Below are positions 16,337-26,200 of a DNA stretch of 48,153 bases, piece by piece. Source of the DNA: an uncultured Gammaproteobacteria bacterium (GTDB lineage: Bacteria; Patescibacteriota; Microgenomatia; UBA8517; UBA10165); NCBI GenBank assembly GCA_964432785.1, contig CAYSOV010000001.1, positions 33,087 to 81,239 of the forward strand. Direction: 5' to 3'. A program made the position numbers and the translations under genes. Position 1 is the stretch's first letter, and each line of letters starts with the position of its first letter. The notes under the pieces are model-generated. The model ran no database searches and was not told where the DNA came from. It was given only the letters and a program-made list of their open reading frames with translations.

Positions 16337-16357
16337 CAAGCCCGGCGGCATCCCAAG

Positions 16358-16666
16358 TTATATTTTAATTTCGACCGAAACTCCTGCGGGGAGATCTATG
16401 TTTGAGAGGGAGTCTATTGTTCTTTCCGTGGGCTCTAGAATATCAATAAGTCTTTTGTGGACAAGCATCTCGAAATGCTCCCTTGCGTCTTTGTCTGTGT
16501 GGGGAGAGGTATTGACAACGGTGATGTGCCGCTCTGTTGGGAGAGGAATAGGACCCACGACCTTCGCTCCTGCAGCAAGCACGGTGTCCACTATCTTTGC
16601 TGCGGCTTCGTCAATTACCCTATGGTCGTATGATTTTAAACGAACTCTTAATTTACCTGCTGCCAT
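16358..16666 (-). CDS. rpsJ: 30S ribosomal protein uS10
   Basis: ...[39 protein letters not shown]... Confidence 0.94.
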   Translation of the reverse strand: MAAGKLRVRLKSYDHRVIDEAAAKIVDTVLAAGAKVVGPIPLPTERHITVVNTSPHTDKDAREHFEMLVHKRLIDILEPTERTIDSLSNIDLPAGVSVEIKI

Positions 16667-16753
16667 TTAAATAATGCATATATAGTACCCAGTGTTTAGG
16701 AATTTAAGCAGGTTTCCTCCTATGCACTATGCACTATTTTCTAAGTCCTAATT
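16667..16753 (-). repeat. IGR-D copy 1 (leader upstream of rpsJ)
   Basis: The coding strand reads ...aaaatagtgcatagtgcataggaggaaacc...cctaaacactgggtactatatatgcattatttaa-ATG. Compare 44192..44293 (gcgcatagcgcatag...taaacagggtg...actata...attt-ATG). Confidence 0.5.
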
Positions 16754-17956
16754 TTATGCTATAACCTTTGAAATCACTCCCGCTCCAACCGTTCTTCCGC
16801 CCTCGCGAATAGCAAATCTCAACCCGTCTTCCATGGCAACGGGCTGAATAAGTTTTGCCTTTATCTTTGCATTATCTCCCGGCATAACCATCTCAACACC
16901 CTCGGGAAGAGTAACCTCGCCGGTCACATCGGTAGTCCTTATATAAAACTGCGGTTTATAGCCTGAAAAGAAAGGTGTGTGGCGGCCTCCCTCTTCCTTT
17001 GTCAAAACATAAATCTCCGCCTCAAATTCCTTGTGGGGAGTAATCGTTCCCGGTTTTGCAAGAACCTGTCCGCGCTCAATATCGTCTTTTTCAACACCTC
17101 GAAGAAGAATACCGACATTGTCTCCTGCCTGTCCCTCATCAAGACTTTTTCTAAACATCTCAATTCCTGTGACAACGGTCTTCTTGGTATCGCGTATGCC
17201 CACAATTTCAATCTCTTCGTTAACCTTAACCCGTCCACGCTCAATTCTCCCCGTCGCAACAGTGCCTCGTCCTTTAATTGAAAAAACATCCTCAACCGGC
17301 ATTAAGAATGGCTTGTCCGTATCGCGCTCGGGAGTGGGAATATACTCGTCAACCGCCTGCATTAACTCCAAAATTTGCTTCTGCGCCCCTTCGTCCCCTT
17401 CAAGAGCCTTGAGAGCCGAACCCTTGATTACGGGAACCTTGTCTCCAGGATACTGATATTTTGAAAGAAGCTCTCTTACCTCAACCTCAACCAAATCAAC
17501 AAGCTCCGGGTCGTCAACCATATCAATTTTATTCAAGAAAACAACCAAAGCGGGAACGTTAACCTGGCGGGCAAGAAGCACATGCTCTCGTGTTTGGGGC
17601 ATCGGACCGTCGGGGGCGGAAACGACAAGAATTGCTCCGTCCATTTGAGCAGCCCCCGTAATCATGTTTTTGATATAGTCGGCGTGCCCCGGAGCATCTA
17701 TGTGGGCATAGTGGCGTTTTTCTGTTTCGTACTCAAGGTGGGTGATGTTTATTGTAACGCCGCGCTCTTTTTCCTCGGGGGCGTTATCAATATCGCCGTA
17801 TCCCATTGGTTTTGTCGGGTTACCCGGCTGTTTTGAGAGAACAGTAGTTATTGCCGAAGAAAGAGTGGTCTTTCCGTGGTCCACATGACCAATAGTCCCA
17901 ATGTTAATATGGGGCTTTGTTCTTTCAAATTTTTGTCTTGCTTCACCTGCTGCCAT
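16754..17956 (-). CDS. tuf: Elongation factor Tu
   Basis: [18 protein letters not shown] and NKID GTPase motifs. 400 aa. Confidence 0.97.
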   Translation of the reverse strand: MAAGEARQKFERTKPHINIGTIGHVDHGKTTLSSAITTVLSKQPGNPTKPMGYGDIDNAPEEKERGVTINITHLEYETEKRHYAHIDAPGHADYIKNMITGAAQMDGAILVVSAPDGPMPQTREHVLLARQVNVPALVVFLNKIDMVDDPELVDLVEVEVRELLSKYQYPGDKVPVIKGSALKALEGDEGAQKQILELMQAVDEYIPTPERDTDKPFLMPVEDVFSIKGRGTVATGRIERGRVKVNEEIEIVGIRDTKKTVVTGIEMFRKSLDEGQAGDNVGILLRGVEKDDIERGQVLAKPGTITPHKEFEAEIYVLTKEEGGRHTPFFSGYKPQFYIRTTDVTGEVTLPEGVEMVMPGDNAKIKAKLIQPVAMEDGLRFAIREGGRTVGAGVISKVIA

Positions 17957-18054
17957 GGTTCGACTACTTCGGCTACACTCAGTACTTGTTCGCTTGCCAC
18001 AAGTATATCTGTCTCTAATACAAAAGACAAGGGCTCTTCACCCTTGCAGACCTT

Positions 18055-18084
18055 ATTGTACGGCCGAGGGCAGGGCCTTGTCAA
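18055..18084 (-). promoter_or_regulatory. Candidate promoter for tuf
   Basis: Minus strand: TTGACA (18084..18079), 18 nt, TACAAT (18060..18055), starting 9 nt after the fusA stop. This leaves a leader of about 95 nt with no SD before the tuf ATG. Confidence 0.55.
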
Positions 18085-18092
18085 GTTCTAGT

Positions 18093-20261
18093 TTACTGGC
18101 TCCTGGTACCTACTCTAATCTTGCCTTCTTTTTGTCCTACAATCTGGGCCGTGATATTTTGAGGGACTTCCTGGTAATGGCTTGGCTCCATATAATAGCT
18201 TGCGCGGCCTTGAGATATGGAGCGAAGGGTTGTTGCGTAGCCCGAGAGCTCGGCAAGAGGTGTCAAGGCGCTAATTACCTGCAGCGTTCCCCGGGCTTCC
18301 GTACCCAAGATTTGCGCACGGCGCGAGGATAAGTCTCCCACAACATCGCCCATAAAGTTGTCGGGGGTCGAAACTGCAACCTTCATAATGGGCTCAAGAA
18401 GGGCCATGTCGGCTCTTTTTACCGCTTCTTGGAAAGCCATTGAGCCTGCGATTTTGAACGCAATCTCCGAGGAGTCAACATCGTGGTATGTTCCGTCGTA
18501 AACCGCGACTTTAACATCGACCATAGGGTAGCCTGCCAAAATTCCATTGTCTACGGCCTCTTTGACCCCTTTTTCTATGGCAGGAATAAATTCTTGAGGG
18601 ATTGCGCCCCCTCTAACCTCCGAGCTAAATTCAAATCCCTCGCCCCGCCCCTTTGGCTCGACACGCAGGAAACAGTGCCCGTACTGTCCGCGGCCCCCTG
18701 TCTGCCTTATATATTTTCCTTCCCCTTGAGCAGTTTTCCTTATAGTCTCCTTGTATGCAACTTGGGGGGCGCCGGTTGTTGCCTCAACATTAAATTCCCT
18801 CTTCATCCTGTCAACCAAAACCTCAAGCTGAAGTTCTCCCATGCCGGAGATAATGGTTTGGCCGGTCTCGCGATTGCTCTTAATCTTAAAAGTCGGATCC
18901 TCCTCGGCCAAGCGCGAGAGGGCATAACCAAGCTTTTCCTGATCCTGTTTTGTTTTCGGCTCAATGGCCAAGGATATAACCGGCTCCGGGAATTGTATTG
19001 TTTCAAGGATAATGGGCTTATCCTCCCTGCATACTGTATCTCCGGTTGTCGTTTCCTTAAGCCCGACGGCGGCAACTATTTCCCCGGCATAAGCCTCCTC
19101 AACCAGCTCCCTTTGATCCGCGTGCAAAAGCACCAGTTTCCCGACCCGCTCGGTTGTCCTCTTTGTTGAGTTGTATACCAATTGCCCGGCTTTGACCGTA
19201 CCGGAATATACCCGCAGCCAAACAAGACGGCCTATATGAGGATCGACATTTATTTTGAAAGCCAAAGCGGAAAACGACTCCTCGTTTTTTGCCCGTCTTT
19301 CCTCCTCTTGACCGGTATTCGGGTTCAAGCCCCGAACAGGGGGCACATCAAGCGGAGAAGGCAAATATTCAACAATGGCATCCAAGATTCTCTGCACCGT
19401 CGCCATTCTGTTGTCGCCTCCTAAAACTGGGAAGAATTCGCCGCTGATAACCCCTTTTCTTATCGCCCTTTTAATCTCGGCTGGCAAAAGCTCCTCTTCC
19501 GCAAGATATTTGTGAAGCACATCATCGTCAAACTCCGCCACTTTTTCTAAAAGTTCATGCCGGTATTTCTCGGCTTTTTCTCTATAGTCCTGCGGAATTT
19601 CCTCTTCGGTAAGCTTATTATCTTCCTTGCTTTTATAGGCATAGGCCTTCATCTCTATCAAATCCACAACTCCGTAAAGCGAGTGCTCTATTCCGAGGGG
19701 GACATCAACAGCTGCGGCGTTTGGACTAAGCCGTTCTCTAATTGAAGCAATAGAGCCGTCAAAGTCGGCGCCGACTAAATTTAATTTATTAAGGGAGCAT
19801 ATACGCGGGACGCCATATTTGTCCGCTTGGCGCCAAACGGTTTCCGACTGGGGCTCAACGCCCGTGCGGCCGTCAAAAATCATAACGGCGCCGTCCAAAA
19901 CCCGCAAAGAGCGTTCAACCTCAACCGTAAAGTCTATATGGCCCGGGGTATCTATGATGTTTACCCTGTGCTCAACTTGAGGAACATCGCCAGCAATTTT
20001 CGTTGTCCAAAAAGTGGTAATCGCCGCCGAAACTATCGTTATCCCGCGCTCCCTTTCCTGCTCCATCCAGTCGGTCACGGTTGAGCCTTCGTCAACAGAG
20101 CCGAGCTTATAGGTTTTGCCGGACTCAAAAAGTATGCGCTCGGTCGTAGTTGTTTTTCCCGCGTCAATATGGGCAATAATCCCTATGTTGCGAATCTTCT
20201 CCATAGGGAGTTGCCTGTTCCCGGTCGTTGTTGTAATCAGTGATCCTTTTTTGGCTGCCAT
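18093..20261 (-). CDS. fusA: Elongation factor G
   Basis: AHIDAGKTTTTE, DTPGHIDF and NKLN motifs, with the five-domain length (722 aa). An internal Met (MEKIRNIGI, 20204) is an alternative start. The 20261 start is supported by the IGR-B leader, which ends exactly at this ATG. Confidence 0.95.
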   Translation of the reverse strand: MAAKKGSLITTTTGNRQLPMEKIRNIGIIAHIDAGKTTTTERILFESGKTYKLGSVDEGSTVTDWMEQERERGITIVSAAITTFWTTKIAGDVPQVEHRVNIIDTPGHIDFTVEVERSLRVLDGAVMIFDGRTGVEPQSETVWRQADKYGVPRICSLNKLNLVGADFDGSIASIRERLSPNAAAVDVPLGIEHSLYGVVDLIEMKAYAYKSKEDNKLTEEEIPQDYREKAEKYRHELLEKVAEFDDDVLHKYLAEEELLPAEIKRAIRKGVISGEFFPVLGGDNRMATVQRILDAIVEYLPSPLDVPPVRGLNPNTGQEEERRAKNEESFSALAFKINVDPHIGRLVWLRVYSGTVKAGQLVYNSTKRTTERVGKLVLLHADQRELVEEAYAGEIVAAVGLKETTTGDTVCREDKPIILETIQFPEPVISLAIEPKTKQDQEKLGYALSRLAEEDPTFKIKSNRETGQTIISGMGELQLEVLVDRMKREFNVEATTGAPQVAYKETIRKTAQGEGKYIRQTGGRGQYGHCFLRVEPKGRGEGFEFSSEVRGGAIPQEFIPAIEKGVKEAVDNGILAGYPMVDVKVAVYDGTYHDVDSSEIAFKIAGSMAFQEAVKRADMALLEPIMKVAVSTPDNFMGDVVGDLSSRRAQILGTEARGTLQVISALTPLAELSGYATTLRSISQGRASYYMEPSHYQEVPQNITAQIVGQKEGKIRVGTRSQ

Positions 20262-20297
20262 AGTTTAGGTAAAAGGTGATAAGTAAAAAGTAAAAAG
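20262..20297 (-). repeat. IGR-B copy 2 (leader immediately upstream of fusA)
   Basis: The coding strand reads ctttttactttttacttatcaccttttacctaaact-ATG. It shares ctttttacttatcac with the rpsD leader. Confidence 0.7.
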
Positions 20298-20332
20298 ATG
20301 GGGAAGCGTAAGCCTCCTTTTACTTATTCTAC

Positions 20333-20359
20333 ACAAAAAACAGGAAGCACGTTGCTTCC
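20333..20359 (-). terminator. Intrinsic terminator downstream of the metalloprotease gene
   Basis: The minus strand reads GGAAGCA-acg-TGCTTCC-tgTTTTTTgt, about 45 nt after the stop at 20405. Confidence 0.6.
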
Positions 20360-20404
20360 CATCTTCAATTTTATCAAAGAAGTCTCCAAATCACAATAGG
20401 AATC

Positions 20405-21508
20405 TTATTTGAAAAATGGAGATTGACGGAGGGCTTCAATCTCATGAGGAAGAAAACCAACACTCGGATACCCACCATGCCATTTCATAATACTATCACC
20501 GCTGTACCCGTCCGGGTGCGGTAAGCCAAAAGCATGCCCCAACTCGTGGGCCGGGGTTCCTTTTGGAACTCCGCCGGCACATTGCCAATCGTTGCTATAC
20601 CTGCATGGAATTCCCCAATCATTTGCCCGACCGGATAAGGGCTCCAATACCCAATCTCCGCTGATTGCAAAACTCGCATAGTTTGAGTAGACATTGCCTC
20701 CGGCAAATCCTCCTCCTCCCGCGCTGAATATCAACGCCGCCGTTTCTTCATCCCATTTTTCAATACCGCCGTGTATAGCCTTATTCATATACATTCCCCA
20801 ATTTCCTTCAAGTTTTTTTGGGTCGTCAAGACAAGCTTGCGAGGGATTTTCTCCGCACCGCATGGTTTGGTAATCGTAGGAACTTCTAGCCACCTGCAAG
20901 GTAGACATCGGAAAAGTCGCGCCGACCTTTTCGCAATACCATTTTTGGAGCTCGGTCATATAATTTCTCACGGCAGTTTCGTACTCGGGATATGCAGGTT
21001 TATCGGCCGGGTAAACCAAAAAGGGCCTAACGACGAATTTATCTCTTTGGGAAGGAGTACATATTATCTGGACTTTTGGCTGCGGAGAGGCTGTCGGTTC
21101 GCCAGCTGGCGAAGGTGACTGGACAGGTGTTGGTTGGGTTATTGGCTGGGTTGTGGGCTGTGATTGGGAAGGACTCGGTCCCGGCGGTGGATTACTCGTC
21201 GGGGTAGGGGAAGGGCTTGAGGTTTTAAGAATAGGAGTAGGCGACTGTGTTTTATTGGTCGGCAAAGGAGGAAAATTTTTTAAGAGGTCGCCAAAAGAAG
21301 GGCCTTCTGGAGCAGGGCCGGATCGGTTACTGCCCGAAAACAAAACACCAGACGGCTTATCACCGCCAAAGAATGTCGTTCCCAAAAAAATAGCTGCCGC
21401 AATAACAAAAAGGACAACAGGAGCCGCAAAACCACCCTTGCTTTGGTTTTTAGTCCACCTCCGCAAAACTTGATGGGCATCAACCTCCAGAGTTTCAATT
21501 TTTAGCAC
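20405..21508 (-). CDS. Membrane-anchored secreted zinc metalloprotease, metzincin-type
   Basis: GTG start. TM helix (AAPVVLFVIAAAIFLGTTFF), a Pro/Ser/Thr-rich linker, and a C-terminal domain with HELGHAFGLPH (HExxHxxGxxH) followed by ...GDSIMKW (Met-turn-like). Confidence 0.75.
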   Translation of the reverse strand: MLKIETLEVDAHQVLRRWTKNQSKGGFAAPVVLFVIAAAIFLGTTFFGGDKPSGVLFSGSNRSGPAPEGPSFGDLLKNFPPLPTNKTQSPTPILKTSSPSPTPTSNPPPGPSPSQSQPTTQPITQPTPVQSPSPAGEPTASPQPKVQIICTPSQRDKFVVRPFLVYPADKPAYPEYETAVRNYMTELQKWYCEKVGATFPMSTLQVARSSYDYQTMRCGENPSQACLDDPKKLEGNWGMYMNKAIHGGIEKWDEETAALIFSAGGGGFAGGNVYSNYASFAISGDWVLEPLSGRANDWGIPCRYSNDWQCAGGVPKGTPAHELGHAFGLPHPDGYSGDSIMKWHGGYPSVGFLPHEIEALRQSPFFK

Positions 21509-21597
21509 CTGTTTATTCTATAATCCATTCTACGGCAGTAATTCAGAAAAAAGTAGTGTATATTTATATCCTTAGTATTGTTACCATGTTTTAAAAC

Positions 21598-22218
21598 ATG
21601 AGAACAAAAACCTTAGGAATTCGTGCAAAAACTAATAAAATCTCGAGAGAATCTGCAAGGGTTTTAATCGAATTTATTGCTCAACAAAGTTTTAACTTTT
21701 GGCAGCAAAACGACTTTCGGAAGCTAGTAAATTTCAAGAATATCGACCAAATTGAACAAGACAGAATTTTTAATGAGCTTATTGTTACCGGAATTGGTCT
21801 TCTGGACCTTCATCTTGCTGGTTTGGTAAGGAAAACTCGAGATGGAGCCAAAGTTGGAGCTATTAAAACATTACACAAGGAGTCCCTTTTAGATTATCCA
21901 AGGATACTCAAAGAGCTAGGAACCCCGGCGAATTTGACAAACACATGGACATCTTTAATCAAAATCAGAATCCACGAATATAGAGAAGGCTTCCAACTGG
22001 CACTGCGGGAGATAACAAAGTGGGAAGAACTCCAAGAAAAACCCTCCTATAAACTACCAATCGCTCGAATCCAAACTTGTGCTATCGCTTGCTTACATCA
22101 TATTAGAAGAGGTAAAACAGCGCCCAATGATATTTTATGGACTTTAATCAGAAGGTGGTTAACTTATATTGAAGGAAATCTAGGAAATATTACCTCTCAA
22201 TTTCTTATTACCACATAG
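21598..22218 (+). CDS. Orphan hypothetical protein (206 aa), the only plus-strand gene
   Basis: Clean ATG ORF with no competing minus-strand ORF. No TM segment and no motif I recognise. Visibly more AT-rich than its flanks. Its stop lies 2 nt from the rpsG stop (convergent). Confidence 0.6.
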   Translation: MRTKTLGIRAKTNKISRESARVLIEFIAQQSFNFWQQNDFRKLVNFKNIDQIEQDRIFNELIVTGIGLLDLHLAGLVRKTRDGAKVGAIKTLHKESLLDYPRILKELGTPANLTNTWTSLIKIRIHEYREGFQLALREITKWEELQEKPSYKLPIARIQTCAIACLHHIRRGKTAPNDILWTLIRRWLTYIEGNLGNITSQFLITT

Positions 22219-22220
22219 AT

Positions 22221-22697
22221 TTACCACCTGAAGTGTGCAAAGGCGCGGTTGGCTTCCGCAATTCTTTCAATTTCCTTCCTCTTTGTAATTGCCACTCCCT
22301 CTCCGCGATACGCGTCCAAAATCTCGGCCGCGAGCTTGTTCGTATAGGTCTTGTATTGGGAATTCGGTCTGGAATTGGCCGCATTCACCAACCAACGAAT
22401 GGCCAGGGACTCCTTTCTTGGGCCGCGAACCGGAACCGGAATAAGGTACGCCGCTCCACCAATTCTTCTTGGCCGGACTTCCATGTTGGGTTTTATATTC
22501 TCTATCGCTTGAAGAAACGCCTTAAGAGGGTCTTCTTTCGTCTCTTCTTTTATTTTTTCAAACGCAGAATAAATATGGTTTTGGGCAACCGACTTTTTAC
22601 CGTCGAGGGTTGAACGGTTAATTAATTTTGTAACCAGTCTATTTTTATAGACAGGGTCTTCCGGTATTTCTCTTATAACTGCTCTTTTTTTGCGCAT
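22221..22697 (-). CDS. rpsG: 30S ribosomal protein uS7
   Basis: ATG at 22697 (MRKKRAVIREIPEDPVYKN...). C-terminus ...AEANRAFAHFRW. Confidence 0.93.
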   Translation of the reverse strand: MRKKRAVIREIPEDPVYKNRLVTKLINRSTLDGKKSVAQNHIYSAFEKIKEETKEDPLKAFLQAIENIKPNMEVRPRRIGGAAYLIPVPVRGPRKESLAIRWLVNAANSRPNSQYKTYTNKLAAEILDAYRGEGVAITKRKEIERIAEANRAFAHFRW

Positions 22698-22730
22698 ATT
22701 AAGTGAATAGTAACCAATAAGCAACAACCG

Positions 22731-23177
22731 TTAAGCGGAGGGGGCGGCAACAGGCCTTGGCATACCGCCCAACGCACGCTTTGTGCCATATCGCGAGCGG
22801 GATGTTTTCCTTCCTTCAACGCCGGTTGTGTCGTATTTGCCGCGGACAATATGGTATTTTACTCCCGGAAGGTCCTTAACGCGGCCGCCGCGCACAAGAA
22901 CAATTGCGTGCTCGGCCAGGTTGTGGCCTTCGCCTTGGATATATGCGGTCACTTCCTGTTTATTGGAGAGCCTTACCCTTGCGACCTTACGCAGAGCCGA
23001 GTTTGGCTTCTTGGGGGTCATTGTGCGCACTTGAAGAACCACGCCCCTTTTAAAAGGCCCGGACACCTCCGAGAAAACGCGGTCTTTGCTGCTCCACCAT
23101 CTCCGCAGGGCAACAGATTTCGCCCTTTTTTTTAACCTTTTCCTCCCGCGTTTTGTGAGTTGAGCTGTTGTTGGCAT
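22731..23177 (-). CDS. rpsL: 30S ribosomal protein uS12
   Basis: ATG at 23177 ([12 protein letters not shown]...). [17 protein letters not shown]...[32 protein letters not shown]. Confidence 0.94.
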   Translation of the reverse strand: MPTTAQLTKRGRKRLKKRAKSVALRRWWSSKDRVFSEVSGPFKRGVVLQVRTMTPKKPNSALRKVARVRLSNKQEVTAYIQGEGHNLAEHAIVLVRGGRVKDLPGVKYHIVRGKYDTTGVEGRKTSRSRYGTKRALGGMPRPVAAPSA

Positions 23178-23230
23178 AATCACTCCGGTCAAAATCAAAA
23201 ATTAAAATGTAAATATTAAAAATACAAAAC
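23178..23230 (-). repeat. IGR-A copy 5 (leader cassette upstream of rpsL)
   Basis: The coding strand reads ttgtatttttaatatttacattttaatttttgattttgaccggagtgatt-ATG. Confidence 0.8.
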
Positions 23231-23273
23231 TAATAATCTTAATTTTTAATTTTTGAAGTTGTTTGATATTTTA

Positions 23274-26200
23274 TCACAAAATAGCTTCCTTTGAAAGAGT
23301 TGCGCGCTCGGCGGTAGTAGGAATTAAGCGTCCTATAATGACATTTTCCTTCAGGCCCAACAGTTTGTCTTCCTTACCAAGAAGCGCGGAATCCGTCAGG
23401 ACATTGGTTGTGTTTTGGAAGGAGGCCGCAGATAGCCAAGAGTCGGTATAAAGCGACGAGCGGGTAACTCCAAGGATAACGACTTGGGCCGTGCCCGGCT
23501 CTCCGCCCTCCGTTAGGACGCGCTCATTTTCTTCCTCAAAGACTGCCCTATCTACGATATCTCGAGGCAAAAGTATCGTATCGCCCTGGCTTATAATCTG
23601 TACCTTATCGGACATCTTGCGGACAATAACCTCAAAATGCTTATCGTTAATGGAAATTCCTTGAGACTCGTAAACAGCCTGAATCTCGTCTATTAAATAC
23701 TCCTGTGCCGGCCGAAGACCTTTGACCGAAAGAACATCCTTAATATCAAGATATCCCGAGGCAAGCTGTTTGCCGGCTTCTACCAAATCCCCGTCTTCAA
23801 CCTGGAGATTGCTTGTTAAAGGAACTATGTACTCCCGCTCCTCGACCGGTTTAACGGATGTGTTCCTAACCCTCACCAGCCATCCGTCTTCCCGCTCGGT
23901 AACCTCAACCTTGCCTGAAATCTCGGAAATGGGAGAAAGAACCTTCGGAACTCTTGCTTCAAAAAGCTCCTCGACTCTGGGTAAGCCTTGGGTGATATCA
24001 AGCCCCACTATGCCTCCCGAGTGCTTTGTTTTCATTGTGAGCTGGGTTCCCGGCTCTCCAATCGACTGGGCCGCAACAACTCCAACCGGGGTCCCCATCT
24101 CGACTATTTCTTTATTTGAAAGATCCCATCCGTAACAGGCCGAGCATATTCCGTAACGCGCCCGGCAGGTAAGCGGAGAGCGTACTTTTATCTCCTGAAC
24201 ACCGGCTTGTATAATCTCCTGCAGTTTTTCCGGAGTTATAAGCTCATTTCGCGCCGCAAGTATCTTGCGGCCGTTTGCGATATCTGCCGCAGCAAACCTG
24301 CCTATTACACGCTGGTTAAACGATTTTTCTCTTTTATTTTTATCTACGATAACCCCTTCTTCCGTTCCGCAGTCGGGAAGCCGCACGATAACATCGTGGG
24401 TAACATCAACAAGTCTCCTTGTAAGATACCCTGCATCTGCTGTCTTTAGAGCCGTATCCGTCAGGCCCTTCCTTGAACCGCGGGCGGATGTCACATACTC
24501 AAAGATAGAGAGTCCTTCCCGGAAGTTCGATTTTGTCGGCAGGTCAACAAGTCTTCCCAAGGGGTCAACGACCAGTCCCCTCATTGCGGCAAGCTGTTTT
24601 ACCTGCTCTCTTGAGACACGGCCGACTCCCGCTTGGATTATTACCTTTATCGGACTTGAGTCGGGAAATGCCTGCCATGTTACATCTGCCAAGTCCTCGG
24701 TCACTTCCATCCAAACTTCCTGGGCGAGTCTTCTTCTTTCCTCCTCGGTTATCAGCCCTTCAAAGAAATTATTTTCTATTTCCATGAGTCTTTGATTTGC
24801 GGTCTCGATCATTTTCTCTTTGTCAGGATGTATAAGAGCATCGCTCACGGCAAACGAAAGGCCGGAAATTGTTCCCCCTCTGAAACCAAGGCTTTTTATA
24901 TCGTCAATCATCTTGACAACTTCTTCCCTTGTTCCCTTATTCAGAGCGCGGGAAAAAAGGCTTTTTATAACCCCGGCCGTGGCCGGCTCGTTTACATATC
25001 TTAAGAACGCGGGCAGGGCCTCGTTAAATAATATTCTGCCGACTGTTGTTTCAATCCGCTCATTATTTATCCTCACATTTATTTTTTGTCTTAATCGTAT
25101 GACATTTTTCTGGTATGCCGATATCGCATCTTCGGGATCTGCAAAAACAGGGGTAGAGCCAATTCCGTCTTTATCCGGCTCATCTGAAGTCAGATAATAA
25201 ACCCCAAGCGCCATCTCTTTGGTTGAAGGTATGGCAACCGGTGTTCCGTCGGCAGGCTTCAAGAGATTATTTTCGGGGCTCATAAGCTCTATTGCTTCGT
25301 CTTGCGCTCTTTTGGAAAGCGGAAGGTGAACAGCCATCTGGTCGCCGTCAAAGTCGGCGTTATAACCGGAGCATACACAAGGGTGGACCCGAATAGCCTT
25401 GCCTTCAATAAGAACGGGGTAAAAAGCTTGGATACCAAGCTTGTGAAGCGTCGGCGCTCGGTTTAAGAGAACGGGGTGATTGCGTGTTATTTCCTCAAGG
25501 ATATCAAAAATCTCGGGAGGCCGGCGCTCCAACATGTTTTTTGCGCTCTTTACATTCGGGGCAATACCCCGCGCAATCATCTCCCGAAGCACAAACGGCT
25601 TAAACATCTCAAGAGCCATTTCTTTGGGAAGACCGCATTGGCTAAGATTGAGCTCGGGACCGACTACTATTACGGACCGGCCGGAATAGTCAACTCTCTT
25701 GCCCAAAAGATTTTGCCTGAACCTTCCTTGCTTGCCGCTTAGAAGGTCGGAAAGTGAACGAAGAGGCTGGCGGGTACGGGGCCTGCGCGTAGCTTGTCTT
25801 TGAGAAGCATCTATCAAGGAGTCAACCGCTTCCTGAAGCATTCTTTTCTCGTTTCTTAAAATTATTTGGGGCGCCCCAAGCTCCAACAAATGACGAAGCC
25901 TGCTGTTTCTATTAATAACCCTTCTATAAAGATCGTTTAAGTCGCTTGTGGCAAACCTTCCGCCGGCAAGTTGCACCATGGGCCGAAGATCGGGCGGCAG
26001 AACAGGAAGAACCTTAAGTATTGTCCATAAAGGAGAAATATCCGTCCTTCTCATGCCGTCTATTAGCCGCAATCTTTTGGTAAGTTTAATCCTTTTTGCG
26101 CCCGTTGCTTCCTCAAGCTCTTCTCTAAGCCTTGCCGAAAGCTCGTCCAGATTGAGCTTTTCCGAAACTCCCGAGAGTGCCTCGGCGCCCATTTCAACCT

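Noticed and set aside
20262-22220. The rpsG-fusA insertion as a mobile element or genomic island.
   Set aside because: There is no integrase, transposase or recombinase. I could not see flanking direct or terminal inverted repeats, and there is no tRNA at the boundary. Only the orphan gene looks compositionally foreign.
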